A stretch of DNA of 64,000 bases, from sequence record MW883059. The stretch is one strand, 5' to 3'. Position 1 is the stretch's first letter, and each line of letters begins with the position of its first letter. Under the pieces are notes generated by a model. That model was given only the letters and a program-made list of their open reading frames with translations. It was not told the origin of the DNA and searched no databases. This DNA comes from Escherichia phage vB_EcoM_SYGD1. The translations under genes were made by a program, and so were the position numbers. Shown piece after piece: positions 39,441 through 48,323 of this stretch.

Positions 39441-39626
39441 ATGAAACGTTGTGAATTAATTCGAAATGTTGCTATTGCAATTTCTGCTTCCGCTTTTAGT
39501 TTTTCAATGTTTGTTGGATTTATATGCGGATTATTAACTACAGCAGAAAATGTGTTTTCACTTGTAGTAGCATTTTTAATTGGTTTAATCGCTATCGTTA
39601 TGGATAAAATTTCTAAAGGTGAATAG
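39441..39626 (+). CDS. small two-helix membrane protein
   Basis: ORF track 61 aa; two hydrophobic segments; SD gaggag. Confidence 0.5.
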   Translation: MKRCELIRNVAIAISASAFSFSMFVGFICGLLTTAENVFSLVVAFLIGLIAIVMDKISKGE

Positions 39627-39627
39627 A

Positions 39628-40008
39628 ATGTACAAAGTGTATGCGGATTATCAGGCTAATCCATCTGAAAAGCCAGGTTGTCAAATTGGATGGGCTCATG
39701 ATACTTTGCTTGAAGCAGTAGATGCTGCTCAAAAATTGGGGTATAAATATGTAGAGATTGTTCAACCGTCAGGAAAAGTTATTACTCTTGAAGAGTTCAA
39801 TAACATTAAACCAAACTTTTTACTTTTTGCAGGTGATAATTATTATCCTCGTGGTGGATATGCTGATTTAATCGCGAAAGCCGCTACTGAAGATGAACTT
39901 CGTGACATTATCAAAGAAAATGAAAACAAACCAGATTATGGTTCTAATCGCTTTGATTGGTGGCAAATCGTAAATGCCAATACGCATACTATTGTTGATG
40001 AAGGCTGA
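39628..40008 (+). CDS. hypothetical protein
   Basis: ORF track 39619 (GTG); ATG at 39628 after SD aaaggtga. Confidence 0.5.
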   Translation: MYKVYADYQANPSEKPGCQIGWAHDTLLEAVDAAQKLGYKYVEIVQPSGKVITLEEFNNIKPNFLLFAGDNYYPRGGYADLIAKAATEDELRDIIKENENKPDYGSNRFDWWQIVNANTHTIVDEG

Positions 40009-40010
40009 TA

Positions 40011-40301
40011 ATGATTCTTTATGCGAAAGTATCATCCATTGAAAATGGATATAAATATGATCAAGACGCGGCTAAAGCCTTGATTGACGATTATGGCATT
40101 TTAACATGTTTTGAAGTTGAAAAGGTTTACATTGACCGTTCATCTTCTCAAGTTAAATTAGTGAAGGAAGACCGTAAATTTAATACAGTAAATTTTGATT
40201 TCTTTATTGAAACAGAAAAAGGTCCTCTTGAATATGATATTTTCAAGAATCCTTTGGGTCTTGAATGTATTAAATATACTTACATTAATGCAGCGTGGTG
40301 A
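40011..40301 (+). CDS. hypothetical protein
   Basis: ORF track 96 aa; ATG start. Confidence 0.5.
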   Translation: MILYAKVSSIENGYKYDQDAAKALIDDYGILTCFEVEKVYIDRSSSQVKLVKEDRKFNTVNFDFFIETEKGPLEYDIFKNPLGLECIKYTYINAAW

Positions 40302-40303
40302 AA

Positions 40304-40819
40304 ATGAATATTTGTTTAGGTACTACAATTCCGCAGGGCTACGTAATTGATGTCACTACCTGGGAAAATGATGGTGACAACTATAAAACCAAAACATTGT
40401 TTGGCGTAGAAGAGCATGAAATCTTACAATTCCAATATCTTTTAAAGAAGTTTAAAAGCAGACATTCTAGTACTAAAGCTGAACGTTATTGTGGTAATGG
40501 CTTGTTCAGCGAGCAATCGCTTTTTATTTATGAATACTTGGTTGAAGGACTGTTCTCAGAACAACTTTATCCAGAATTCATTAAAAAGGTCTTTGACATA
40601 GAAATTGACCTTGGTAATAAATCTGAAGAAGATGAAGAACGTGTATTTGACTTATTCTTTGTGAATGGTAATAAAGTGCTTGAAGGACTTATTAATATTT
40701 TAGGTAATGCTTCTGAGTATTATGATTATGATTTTTTGCGTGTAGTTGAGAGTGTTAAATACTCTTATATAGAAGAAGAAATTGTTTTGCCGACCGTTAA
40801 AATGTTTAATTTGCTTTAA
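40304..40819 (+). CDS. hypothetical protein
   Basis: ORF track 40295 (GTG); ATG at 40304. Confidence 0.5.
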   Translation: MNICLGTTIPQGYVIDVTTWENDGDNYKTKTLFGVEEHEILQFQYLLKKFKSRHSSTKAERYCGNGLFSEQSLFIYEYLVEGLFSEQLYPEFIKKVFDIEIDLGNKSEEDEERVFDLFFVNGNKVLEGLINILGNASEYYDYDFLRVVESVKYSYIEEEIVLPTVKMFNLL

Positions 40820-40905
40820 GAATTATTTGTTATTATTAACTCATATCGCACTGATTAATACCCTCTATCATCAAGGGTTCTTGTTTGAGAGCCTTTGTTA
40901 ATAAT

Positions 40906-40978
40906 TGGGAATTAGCCAAGTTGGTAAGGCATAGCACTTTGACTGCTAGATGCAAAGGTTCGAGTCCTTTATTCCCAG
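40906..40978 (+). tRNA. tRNA-Gln (anticodon UUG)
   Basis: hand-folded cloverleaf: acceptor tgggaat/attccca, anticodon loop ctTTGac, T-arm aaagg-ttcgagt-ccttt; no encoded CCA. Confidence 0.8.
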
Positions 40979-40979
40979 C

Positions 40980-41066
40980 GCGAGAATGGTCAAATTGGTA
41001 AAGGCACAGCACTTAAAATGCTGCGGAATGATTTCCTTGTGGGTTCGAGTCCCACTTCTCGTACCA
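40980..41066 (+). tRNA. tRNA-Leu (anticodon UAA), long variable arm, CCA encoded
   Basis: acceptor gcgagaa/ttctcgt, anticodon loop ctTAAaa, T-arm gtggg-ttcgagt-cccac, 3' acca. Confidence 0.8.
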
Positions 41067-41072
41067 AAGTTT

Positions 41073-41144
<72 letters not shown>

Positions 41145-41156
41145 AAATTTAATTTA

Positions 41157-41230
41157 CTCCGTGTAGCTCAGTTTGGTAGAGCGTCTGCTTTGGGAGCAGA
41201 ATGTCACAGGTTCAAATCCTGCCGCGGAGA
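41157..41230 (+). tRNA. tRNA-Pro (anticodon UGG)
   Basis: acceptor ctccgtg/cgcggag, anticodon loop ttTGGga. Confidence 0.75.
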
Positions 41231-41232
41231 CT

Positions 41233-41319
41233 GGAGGCGTGGCAGAGTGGTTTAATGCACCGGTCTTGAAAACCGGCAGTCGCTCCGGTGACTCATAGGT
41301 TCAAATCCTATCGCCTCCG
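41233..41319 (+). tRNA. tRNA-Ser (anticodon UGA), long variable arm
   Basis: acceptor ggaggcg/cgcctcc, anticodon loop ctTGAaa, T-arm atagg-ttcaaat-cctat. Confidence 0.8.
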
Positions 41320-41326
41320 TAATTTC

Positions 41327-41399
41327 GCTGATTTAGCTCAGTAGGTAGAGCACCTCACTTGTAATGAGGATGTCGGCGGTTCGATTCCGTCAATCAGCA
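41327..41399 (+). tRNA. tRNA-Thr (anticodon UGU)
   Basis: acceptor gctgatt/aatcagc, anticodon loop ctTGTaa. Confidence 0.8.
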
Positions 41400-41405
41400 T
41401 ATCAA

Positions 41406-41477
41406 GGCCCTGTAGCTGGAAGGTTCAAGCAAGCGACTCATAATCGCCAGATGGTGGTTCAATTCCACCCAGGGCCA
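41406..41477 (+). tRNA. tRNA with CAU anticodon (T4 tRNA-Ile homolog; Met by anticodon alone)
   Basis: acceptor ggccctg/cagggcc, anticodon loop ctCATaa, T-arm ggtgg-ttcaatt-ccacc. Confidence 0.7.
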
Positions 41478-41518
41478 TATTTTGGGAACATAAATACTCT
41501 TAGAAATAGGAGATATTT

Positions 41519-42184
41519 ATGTTCCATTACACTTATAAAATAACAAATAAAATTAATAATAAAATCTATATAGGCGCTCATTCTACCGAAAATTTAGATG
41601 ATGGATATATGGGTTCTGGTAAATTATTAAAAAGAGCCCAAGACAAGTATGGTATAGAAAATTTCTCTAAAGAAATATTAGAGTTCTTTGACGATAAAAC
41701 CTCTATGTTTGAGTCAGAAAAGAATATTGTGACTGAAGAGTTTTTAAAGCGCCCTGATGTTTATAATTTGAAATTAGGTGGTGAAGGTGGTTGGGACCAT
41801 TTAAACACTAAAGAATATTTGGATAAAAAGAAAGAAGCTTCCTTAAAAGGGGCTGCTGCTTTTAAAACCAGATTTGAGAACGACCCAGACCTTAAAGAAA
41901 AATATCGTAAAATGGGTTCAGAAAGGTTTAAACAGCTTTGGGATAATCCTAAGTATAGAGAGAAATTTTTAAATATTAAATCTTTATTGGGTAAGACCCA
42001 TACTCCTGAAACTATTAATAAAATGAAAGAATCTCACGCCAGAAATAAACACCAACAGGGCGAAAAGAATTCCCAATTTGGTATGATGTGGATTCATTCA
42101 TTAGATGAAAAAGTTTCTAAACGTATTAAGAAAACTGACCCAATTCCAGAAGGATGGTTTAAAGGTCGAAAAATGAAATTTTAA
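41519..42184 (+). CDS. segB: GIY-YIG homing endonuclease embedded in the tRNA cluster (SegB-like)
   Basis: ORF track 221 aa; TYKITN ... KIYIGAH GIY-YIG motifs; position between tRNA subclusters as T4 segB. Confidence 0.75.
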   Translation: MFHYTYKITNKINNKIYIGAHSTENLDDGYMGSGKLLKRAQDKYGIENFSKEILEFFDDKTSMFESEKNIVTEEFLKRPDVYNLKLGGEGGWDHLNTKEYLDKKKEASLKGAAAFKTRFENDPDLKEKYRKMGSERFKQLWDNPKYREKFLNIKSLLGKTHTPETINKMKESHARNKHQQGEKNSQFGMMWIHSLDEKVSKRIKKTDPIPEGWFKGRKMKF

Positions 42185-42187
42185 TTA

Positions 42188-42264
<77 letters not shown>

Positions 42265-42582
42265 GACAAGAAACCGGGTCGCTACCGGTAAGTCGTCGGA
42301 CTGATGTTCCCTGGGTAAGGAATTGCGTTAATAAATCTTTATGATTTGTTGATGCCCTCTTACACCACAGCAGAAACGGCGCACCGAATTATCGATTCGA
42401 GGAAATATCTTTGCCGTAAGCCGAGTAGCGTTTTTGACGGAACGTTCGGATATGGTCGAGATATGGCCTTTTAAAAATATTAAGTAGCGTCAACTGCTTA
42501 ATAACCGGGTTCGAATCCCGGCGTTTCGTACAAACACTTGCCTTAGCAGGTGGAACCCCGACAAGGTTGCCGCAAGGCTTTA
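42265..42582 (+). ncRNA. structured non-coding region, probable small stable RNAs (T4 species 1/2 analog)
   Basis: no ORF; GC-richer than surroundings; hairpins (accgg-gtcgct-accggt) and a tRNA-like T-arm ccggg-ttcgaat-cccgg; same position as T4 rnaC/rnaD. Confidence 0.35.
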
Positions 42583-42610
42583 GCCCCGACCGAAAGGTTG
42601 GGGCTTTTTG
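42583..42610 (+). terminator. Intrinsic terminator
   Basis: GCCCCGACC-GAAA-GGTTGGGGC followed by ttttt. Confidence 0.7.
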
Positions 42611-42611
42611 G

Positions 42612-42619
42612 TATAAATA
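42612..42619 (+). promoter_or_regulatory. Late promoter TATAAATA
   Basis: tataaata directly after the terminator, 40 bp upstream of the 42659 ATG. Confidence 0.5.
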
Positions 42620-42658
42620 TAGTAGTATATTAAATCACGAATTAAAACAGGAAATAAG

Positions 42659-43117
42659 ATGAAATCATATGCTCAATTTTTAAATGAAGCATCCGCTTCA
42701 GATGTTCGCGCTGTAGCAACTGCTGCTATTAAAGCTGGTAAATATTCTTATAAAGATGCTTCTGACGAATCTCGGTACAAGTTCTACGACGATATGAGAG
42801 CTGAAGGCTTTGTGGGTAACTATGTTACCACCGCCTGGAAAAGCCTGGTTGCTACTGGTGCGGCTTTCGAAAAACCTTCTGGTAAACCTGCTCCTAAGGC
42901 TGACCCTAAAGCAGCACAAGAAAAAAATATTGCTAAAGGAATTATTTCTAGGTATGAAGCAATTCTTAAAGAACTTTTGGTAATTAAGACCGAAGGCCAG
43001 AAACTTGCGCGAGCTCATAGTTTCAAAGATAACCCACATGCTCATGACCTAGAGTATGTTGAAGATCTCCAAAAAATCATCAAAGACCGCATTTGGTCTG
43101 CTAAACAAATTAAATAA
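42659..43117 (+). CDS. internal-protein-like protein with capsid-targeting-like N-terminus
   Basis: ORF track 152 aa; N-terminus MKSYAQFLNEA; SD aggaaataag. Confidence 0.5.
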   Translation: MKSYAQFLNEASASDVRAVATAAIKAGKYSYKDASDESRYKFYDDMRAEGFVGNYVTTAWKSLVATGAAFEKPSGKPAPKADPKAAQEKNIAKGIISRYEAILKELLVIKTEGQKLARAHSFKDNPHAHDLEYVEDLQKIIKDRIWSAKQIK

Positions 43118-43125
43118 CATTCTTA

Positions 43126-43152
43126 GCCCCAGCCGAAAGGTTGGGGCTTTTG
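43126..43152 (+). terminator. Intrinsic terminator (near-copy of the one at 42583)
   Basis: GCCCCAGCC-GAAA-GGTTGGGGC followed by tttt. Confidence 0.7.
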
Positions 43153-43285
43153 GTATCTAGGCCTTTCTGGACCTCTCTAGGCATCATTTAGTTTATACCC
43201 TTTATAATATATTATCCTATCCTTTAATTGCCCATCCCTGCCCTAGAATTCCCTAAAACTTTTTAAAAATTTTTTTCACAAAACG

Positions 43286-43315
43286 GTTTACATCCCCGTT
43301 CTTCCATGGTACTAT
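43286..43315 (+). promoter_or_regulatory. T4-type early promoter cassette
   Basis: UP-like tttttcacaaaac, GTTTAC at 43286, -10 tggtactatac. Confidence 0.6.
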
Positions 43316-43359
43316 ACAACTATCAACTACTGATACAGAAAAACAACTTGGAGAATGAA

Positions 43360-43623
43360 ATGGATAATTACGGCGAACTGTTCAACTTCTTTATGAAATG
43401 CGTTTCAGAAGATTTCGGTCGTACAGTGAATGATATTAAAGTTATCGGTCCTGATCATCCGATGTTTGAAACTTACGCAGTAATGGGTAATGAAGATGGT
43501 CAGTGGTATACTGTAAAGGTTGTGATTAACATGTTCACTGCTGAAGGTTATGTTAAACTGTCTTCTAAAGTTTACCATGATAATGATGAAATTGCAGAAG
43601 AATATTTCAATAATATGAAATAA
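43360..43623 (+). CDS. hypothetical protein
   Basis: ORF track 43306 would begin upstream of the promoter -10; ATG at 43360 follows SD ggag. Confidence 0.45.
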   Translation: MDNYGELFNFFMKCVSEDFGRTVNDIKVIGPDHPMFETYAVMGNEDGQWYTVKVVINMFTAEGYVKLSSKVYHDNDEIAEEYFNNMK

Positions 43624-43691
43624 ATGTGTACAAACGCCAAGGACGGTGTTATTATAGATTTATCAAAACAATCACAGAAGCGGAGAAATAA

Positions 43692-43868
43692 ATGACTACT
43701 TTAACTATTTGGTTTGACGAAAATGAAGAAACATACTGTGTGAACATTGATGAAAGTCCAATGCCTGACTTTGAATCTTCAGATAAGAAGTCGGTTATAT
43801 CTTGGGCTGAAGGTTATAAAGCAGCAAAAGGCGACGTTAAAATAGTTTATAAACTCTTTGGAGTATAA
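43692..43868 (+). CDS. small hypothetical protein (58 aa)
   Basis: not in ORF track (below 60 aa); ATG with SD cggag 7 nt upstream; hand translation MTTLTIWFDENEETYCVNIDESPMPDF... Confidence 0.35.
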   Translation: MTTLTIWFDENEETYCVNIDESPMPDFESSDKKSVISWAEGYKAAKGDVKIVYKLFGV

Positions 43869-43911
43869 TACTCCCACGGATTTTAAATCTTAATCAACCT
43901 AAGGAAATACT

Positions 43912-44505
43912 ATGAACACACTGAAGAAAATTGTTGAGTTTATTCGCACTAAACTTGGTTCTGCTATGGCTAAAAATCTATCTGTTGAAGAACAGTATAC
44001 TGCTGCAGCAGCAAAACTACTTGATAAAATTAAAGATCTAAAAACTGCTTCTGTTAAATCTATTAATGAAGAAAAACGTATTCGTGAACTTATTGTCGAA
44101 AAGAATCGACAAGCTGAATCAAAAGAGCGTGAAATTCGCAAACTTCTTTCCGAAGGTCAAGATGTAACAATGCACGCTAAACTCGGTTTGCTATATCGTC
44201 GAACAGCTGAGCAGTTGACTACTAAAGCTGATGGTTATGCTGAAATGCGAATTGAAATCGCCAAGAAAGTAGTTGAGTTAGATGATGCTCGCCAAGAACT
44301 TGCAGTTAAATTGGAATATATCCGTGAAACTCGTGCGGCAAATGCCCTTGGAATTAGTACTGCCGATGATGTAGTTGAAATTGCAGCACTGACTAAGGTT
44401 GATATTGAAGATACCCTTGCTCGAGTTGAAACTTTTAACGGCAATATTTCTGGGGTTGAAACTACCTCTGCCGATGTCCAGGAATATATTAATTCTCTGA
44501 AATAA
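43912..44505 (+). CDS. coiled-coil protein
   Basis: ORF track 197 aa; long heptad-like helical stretches. Confidence 0.5.
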   Translation: MNTLKKIVEFIRTKLGSAMAKNLSVEEQYTAAAAKLLDKIKDLKTASVKSINEEKRIRELIVEKNRQAESKEREIRKLLSEGQDVTMHAKLGLLYRRTAEQLTTKADGYAEMRIEIAKKVVELDDARQELAVKLEYIRETRAANALGISTADDVVEIAALTKVDIEDTLARVETFNGNISGVETTSADVQEYINSLK

Positions 44506-44508
44506 TGA

Positions 44509-44533
44509 TAAGGGGCTTCGGCCCCTATTACTT
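44509..44533 (+). terminator. Hairpin, weak terminator
   Basis: AGGGGC-TTCG-GCCCCT followed by attactt. Confidence 0.4.
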
Positions 44534-44546
44534 GGAGTAAATAGGA

Positions 44547-45155
44547 ATGAAAATGCAAAGTGATTTCAATTCAATGTTTGAAGAGTTCCAAAGACAGGTT
44601 GATGTTCCAGACCAATTACTAAATGCTCTTAAACGTATGGCAGAAGGACGTAATTACTATTGGGGGTCTTCATATGAAACTGATGAAAGTCTTTCTGGAA
44701 GATTTTCTAGAGGTAAAAAGTCTTTAATACGTCCTGGAATACTCATTAAAAGTATTGAATCAATTCATTCATTGACGTGTGATTTTGATGTTGAATTTAC
44801 TGATTTCATTTCTCCTGAATGGACGGTTTGTTATTTAAATGACGATTATGATTATCTTGGCGTTTATAGTTTAAGTGACGCATGGTTTAAACGTAATTTA
44901 CAAAAGTCAAATTTGTTCTATATTGATACTACGGTAAAATTTCAGGGAAAGAAATATTTCTTTACTCTTATAGTTGATTCTGAAACAAAGCATGAAAATA
45001 AACGTATTCTTAGTAAAAAGAATATCTTAACTATTGTTGATGATCTTTTTGATAAATTCGTGGAAAATCCTAATTTTGAAAGCGATTTATTATTAGAAAA
45101 ATTTGTTAAGGAATGTAGAGAATATGTCAAAGCCATCACTATACCTTCCAAGTAA
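44547..45155 (+). CDS. hypothetical protein
   Basis: ORF track 202 aa. Confidence 0.5.
   Translation: MKMQSDFNSMFEEFQRQVDVPDQLLNALKRMAEGRNYYWGSSYETDESLSGRFSRGKKSLIRPGILIKSIESIHSLTCDFDVEFTDFISPEWTVCYLNDDYDYLGVYSLSDAWFKRNLQKSNLFYIDTTVKFQGKKYFFTLIVDSETKHENKRILSKKNILTIVDDLFDKFVENPNFESDLLLEKFVKECREYVKAITIPSK
45099..45114 (+). repeat. 16-bp direct repeat aaatttgttaaggaat, copy 1
   Basis: exact copy also at 45478..45493. Confidence 0.6.
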
Positions 45156-45519
45156 ACCTGTGAAGTATGAACCAAAGCGTCAGCTAATTTCTACTGATGT
45201 ATTAATAGGTCCTGTTATACTCATATCATTTGTAATTCTATTGATTATTGGAGGTGTTTTAGATGTTATGACTGATATTGATTCTGGCGAAATACTTGTG
45301 TTAATGCTAATTCTTCCATTAATAGTTCCACTTTTATTAGTACCTGTAAATTGGGTAGGATACTGGTATCAAGGAAGACATTATCGTAAACGCGTACGCG
45401 AATGGAAAGCTCAGTGTAAAAAGATTAAAAAGGAACACCAGCTTAAACTTGATATGCATGAATTTGACGAAATTATGAAATTTGTTAAGGAATCACGATG
45501 CAAAAGCCAAACTAAATAA
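45124..45519 (+). CDS. two-helix membrane protein
   Basis: ORF track 45103 (TTG inside the repeat); first ATG at 45124; two hydrophobic helices. Confidence 0.45.
   Translation: MSKPSLYLPSKPVKYEPKRQLISTDVLIGPVILISFVILLIIGGVLDVMTDIDSGEILVLMLILPLIVPLLLVPVNWVGYWYQGRHYRKRVREWKAQCKKIKKEHQLKLDMHEFDEIMKFVKESRCKSQTK
45478..45493 (+). repeat. 16-bp direct repeat aaatttgttaaggaat, copy 2
   Basis: exact copy of 45099..45114. Confidence 0.6.
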
Positions 45520-45859
45520 AGTCAAATATTCGCTTCCTGAGTCATTTTTAATTTTTGCTGTGGCGTTGGCTGCAGCTCTTGCGGGTAGTCTTTTTGGATT
45601 GTTAATTGACTGTCTTATTTTAAACATCGACGGCACAGTAAATATAATAGAAGTTTGGAGTGAACTTCGCTATACTAAAATTATTTCATTATTTTCATTC
45701 TTTTGTATCATTCTATATTTTCATTATGATAATTTTAAAATAAATTGGCAAAGAAAAAAGGATTACAAAATACAATTAAAAGAATATAATAGCTACATGT
45801 CTTATATTGAAAATGAATCAATGAAAGAGTTTGTGATTGATTGCAGGAAATTAAAATGA
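45482..45859 (+). CDS. two-helix membrane protein, no ATG start available
   Basis: ORF track 125 aa beginning with TTG inside the repeat; no in-frame ATG until the C-terminus; hydrophobic helices present. Confidence 0.35.
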   Translation: MLRNHDAKAKLNKVKYSLPESFLIFAVALAAALAGSLFGLLIDCLILNIDGTVNIIEVWSELRYTKIISLFSFFCIILYFHYDNFKINWQRKKDYKIQLKEYNSYMSYIENESMKEFVIDCRKLK

Positions 45860-46296
45860 AAACATTATCAGCTGGTATTATCTTTATGACAGAAGATAAA
45901 GATTTATTTATGGGACGAGTTACTGGTTCTCGTAAGCCTGGAATGATGGCACATCGCTGGGATATTCCAAAGGGGCGTGTAGAAAATTCTGATTTAAGCG
46001 CATTAGATGCAGCACGAAGAGAATGCTTAGAAGAGACCGGTTTTAGCAATTATAATCCAGACCTTCTAGAAGACCTAGGTGTATTTAAATATTCTAGTAA
46101 TAAAGACTTACAGTTATTTTATTATACGATTCCAGTAGAGCATGAGATGTTTAGAAATTGCCACTGCGAGTCTTATTTTGAAAATAAAGATGGCGTTATG
46201 ATTCCAGAGATGGATGCTTTTGCTCTTATTCCTCGTACTCAGTGGCAATATGTGATGGGTCCTTCACTTTACCGAATAATGAACAGCCTCTTTTAA
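45841..46296 (+). CDS. nudE: Nudix hydrolase
   Basis: ORF track 151 aa; Nudix box GRVENSDLSALDAARRECLEETGF; position upstream of e as T4 nudE. Confidence 0.8.
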   Translation: MQEIKMKTLSAGIIFMTEDKDLFMGRVTGSRKPGMMAHRWDIPKGRVENSDLSALDAARRECLEETGFSNYNPDLLEDLGVFKYSSNKDLQLFYYTIPVEHEMFRNCHCESYFENKDGVMIPEMDAFALIPRTQWQYVMGPSLYRIMNSLF

Positions 46297-46827
<531 letters not shown>

Positions 46828-46831
46828 AGTT

Positions 46832-46862
46832 GTTTACTTTCTCCAAGTAACTGTGATAGTAT
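46832..46862 (+). promoter_or_regulatory. T4-type early promoter cassette
   Basis: GTTTAC at 46832, -10 tgtgatagtat. Confidence 0.55.
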
Positions 46863-46887
46863 ATTCACAGTTACTTGGAGGGATAAA

Positions 46888-47304
46888 ATGACTCGTATTA
46901 ATTTGACTTTAGTATCTGAACTTGCTGATCAACATTTAATCGCAGAATACCGTGAACTGCCGCGTGTTTTTGGTATAGTTCGTAAACATGTTGCAAATGG
47001 TAAGCGGGTTAAAGATTTTAAAATATCTTCCGAGTTTATTTTAGGTTCTGGTCATGTCACGTTCTTTTACGATAAGTTAGAATTTTTGCGAAAGCGTCAA
47101 TCAGACATTATAACGGAATGCTTAAAACGCGGATTCAGTATAAAAGATACTGAAGTTCCTGACATCAGTGATATTCCAGTAGAATGGAAAAATGATTATA
47201 ATCCATGCAAATCAGCTATTAGGTTGAGTCAACAACGACTCGATGAAAAAATTTTAATGAAGCCACACTGGTACAAGTATTACGGCAAAAATATTTACAT
47301 TTAA
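46888..47304 (+). CDS. denV: endonuclease V, pyrimidine dimer DNA glycosylase
   Basis: ORF track 138 aa; [17 protein letters not shown]...WYKYYGK recognisable as T4 DenV. Confidence 0.9.
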   Translation: MTRINLTLVSELADQHLIAEYRELPRVFGIVRKHVANGKRVKDFKISSEFILGSGHVTFFYDKLEFLRKRQSDIITECLKRGFSIKDTEVPDISDIPVEWKNDYNPCKSAIRLSQQRLDEKILMKPHWYKYYGKNIYI

Positions 47305-47401
47305 ATAACATGGGAATAACCTGGACCTCATGATTCTATGAGGGATTCCCGCCAACCTGTAATAAGGTCGAGCCCAAGTGCGGTAATGGGTAAATACAGA
47401 A

Positions 47402-47989
47402 ATGGACAATTCATGCGCCACGGAATGGCCCAAATTTAGAGATAACAAAATGAGAACATTTTTAACTGGTCCTTATCTATCCCTGATGAATGCTTTTACA
47501 CACCATTCTGATGCTAGAGTAGAAGAAATTTGTAAAAACGAATATATCCTGCCATTTGAAGACTTACTTAAGCAGTATTGCACACTTCGACTAGATGGTG
47601 GACGTCAATCCGGTAAATCAATTGCAGTAACTAATTTTGCCGCTAATTGGTTGTATGACGGTGGAACAGTTATTGTTCTTTCTAATACTTCAGCTTATGC
47701 TAAAATTTCTGCAGATAACATCAAAAAGGAATTTTCGCGTTATTCTAATGATGATATACGTTTTCGTTTATTTACTGATTCTGTGCGTAGTTTTATTGGT
47801 AATAAAGGAAGCAAGTTCAGAGGTTTATCTCTTTCGCGAATTTTATATATAATTGATGAGCCTGTCAAATCTCCTGATATGGATAAGATTTATGATGCTC
47901 ATATTGACACTGTACAGTACTGCTGCAATAGTAAATGTTGCATTGGTGGTATTACTCGTCCTCAATTTTTTGTGATTGGAATGCAATGA
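47402..47989 (+). CDS. small P-loop NTPase-like protein
   Basis: ORF track 195 aa; Walker A-like GGRQSGKS and Walker B-like ILYIIDE. Confidence 0.5.
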   Translation: MDNSCATEWPKFRDNKMRTFLTGPYLSLMNAFTHHSDARVEEICKNEYILPFEDLLKQYCTLRLDGGRQSGKSIAVTNFAANWLYDGGTVIVLSNTSAYAKISADNIKKEFSRYSNDDIRFRLFTDSVRSFIGNKGSKFRGLSLSRILYIIDEPVKSPDMDKIYDAHIDTVQYCCNSKCCIGGITRPQFFVIGMQ

Positions 47990-48315
47990 TGACAGACACG
48001 CAACTTTTCGAATATCTTTATTTTTCGCCAAAAACTATTAAAAATAAATTGGTGAATCATTTTGAAATTTTGGCAAATAACAACGTCTTGAGCGAATTTT
48101 ATCCTAAGCAATACAAATTACAAAAAGGCGTATTCAAAGGATGCAGAGTTTTGTGCACTGCTCCTAATGCAAGATTAATGAATAAAATTCCATATTTTAC
48201 CATGGAATTTATTGATGGGCCTTTTAAAGGACTAATTACCCAAAGTTTAATGGCATATGATTCTGAGCCATTTTTAATTAAAGAGCAATCTTGGATAAAT
48301 TTATTTTCTAATTGA
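47986..48315 (+). CDS. hypothetical protein
   Basis: ORF track 47935; ATG at 47986 overlapping the preceding stop (ATGATGA). Confidence 0.45.
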   Translation: MMTDTQLFEYLYFSPKTIKNKLVNHFEILANNNVLSEFYPKQYKLQKGVFKGCRVLCTAPNARLMNKIPYFTMEFIDGPFKGLITQSLMAYDSEPFLIKEQSWINLFSN

Positions 48316-48323
48316 GAGGTTAT

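Noticed and set aside
39441-39626. Small two-helix membrane protein as the holin
   Set aside because: The T4-type holin gene t lies elsewhere on the genome and is much larger; this ORF is in the early ipI-region cluster, so a holin call is unsupported.
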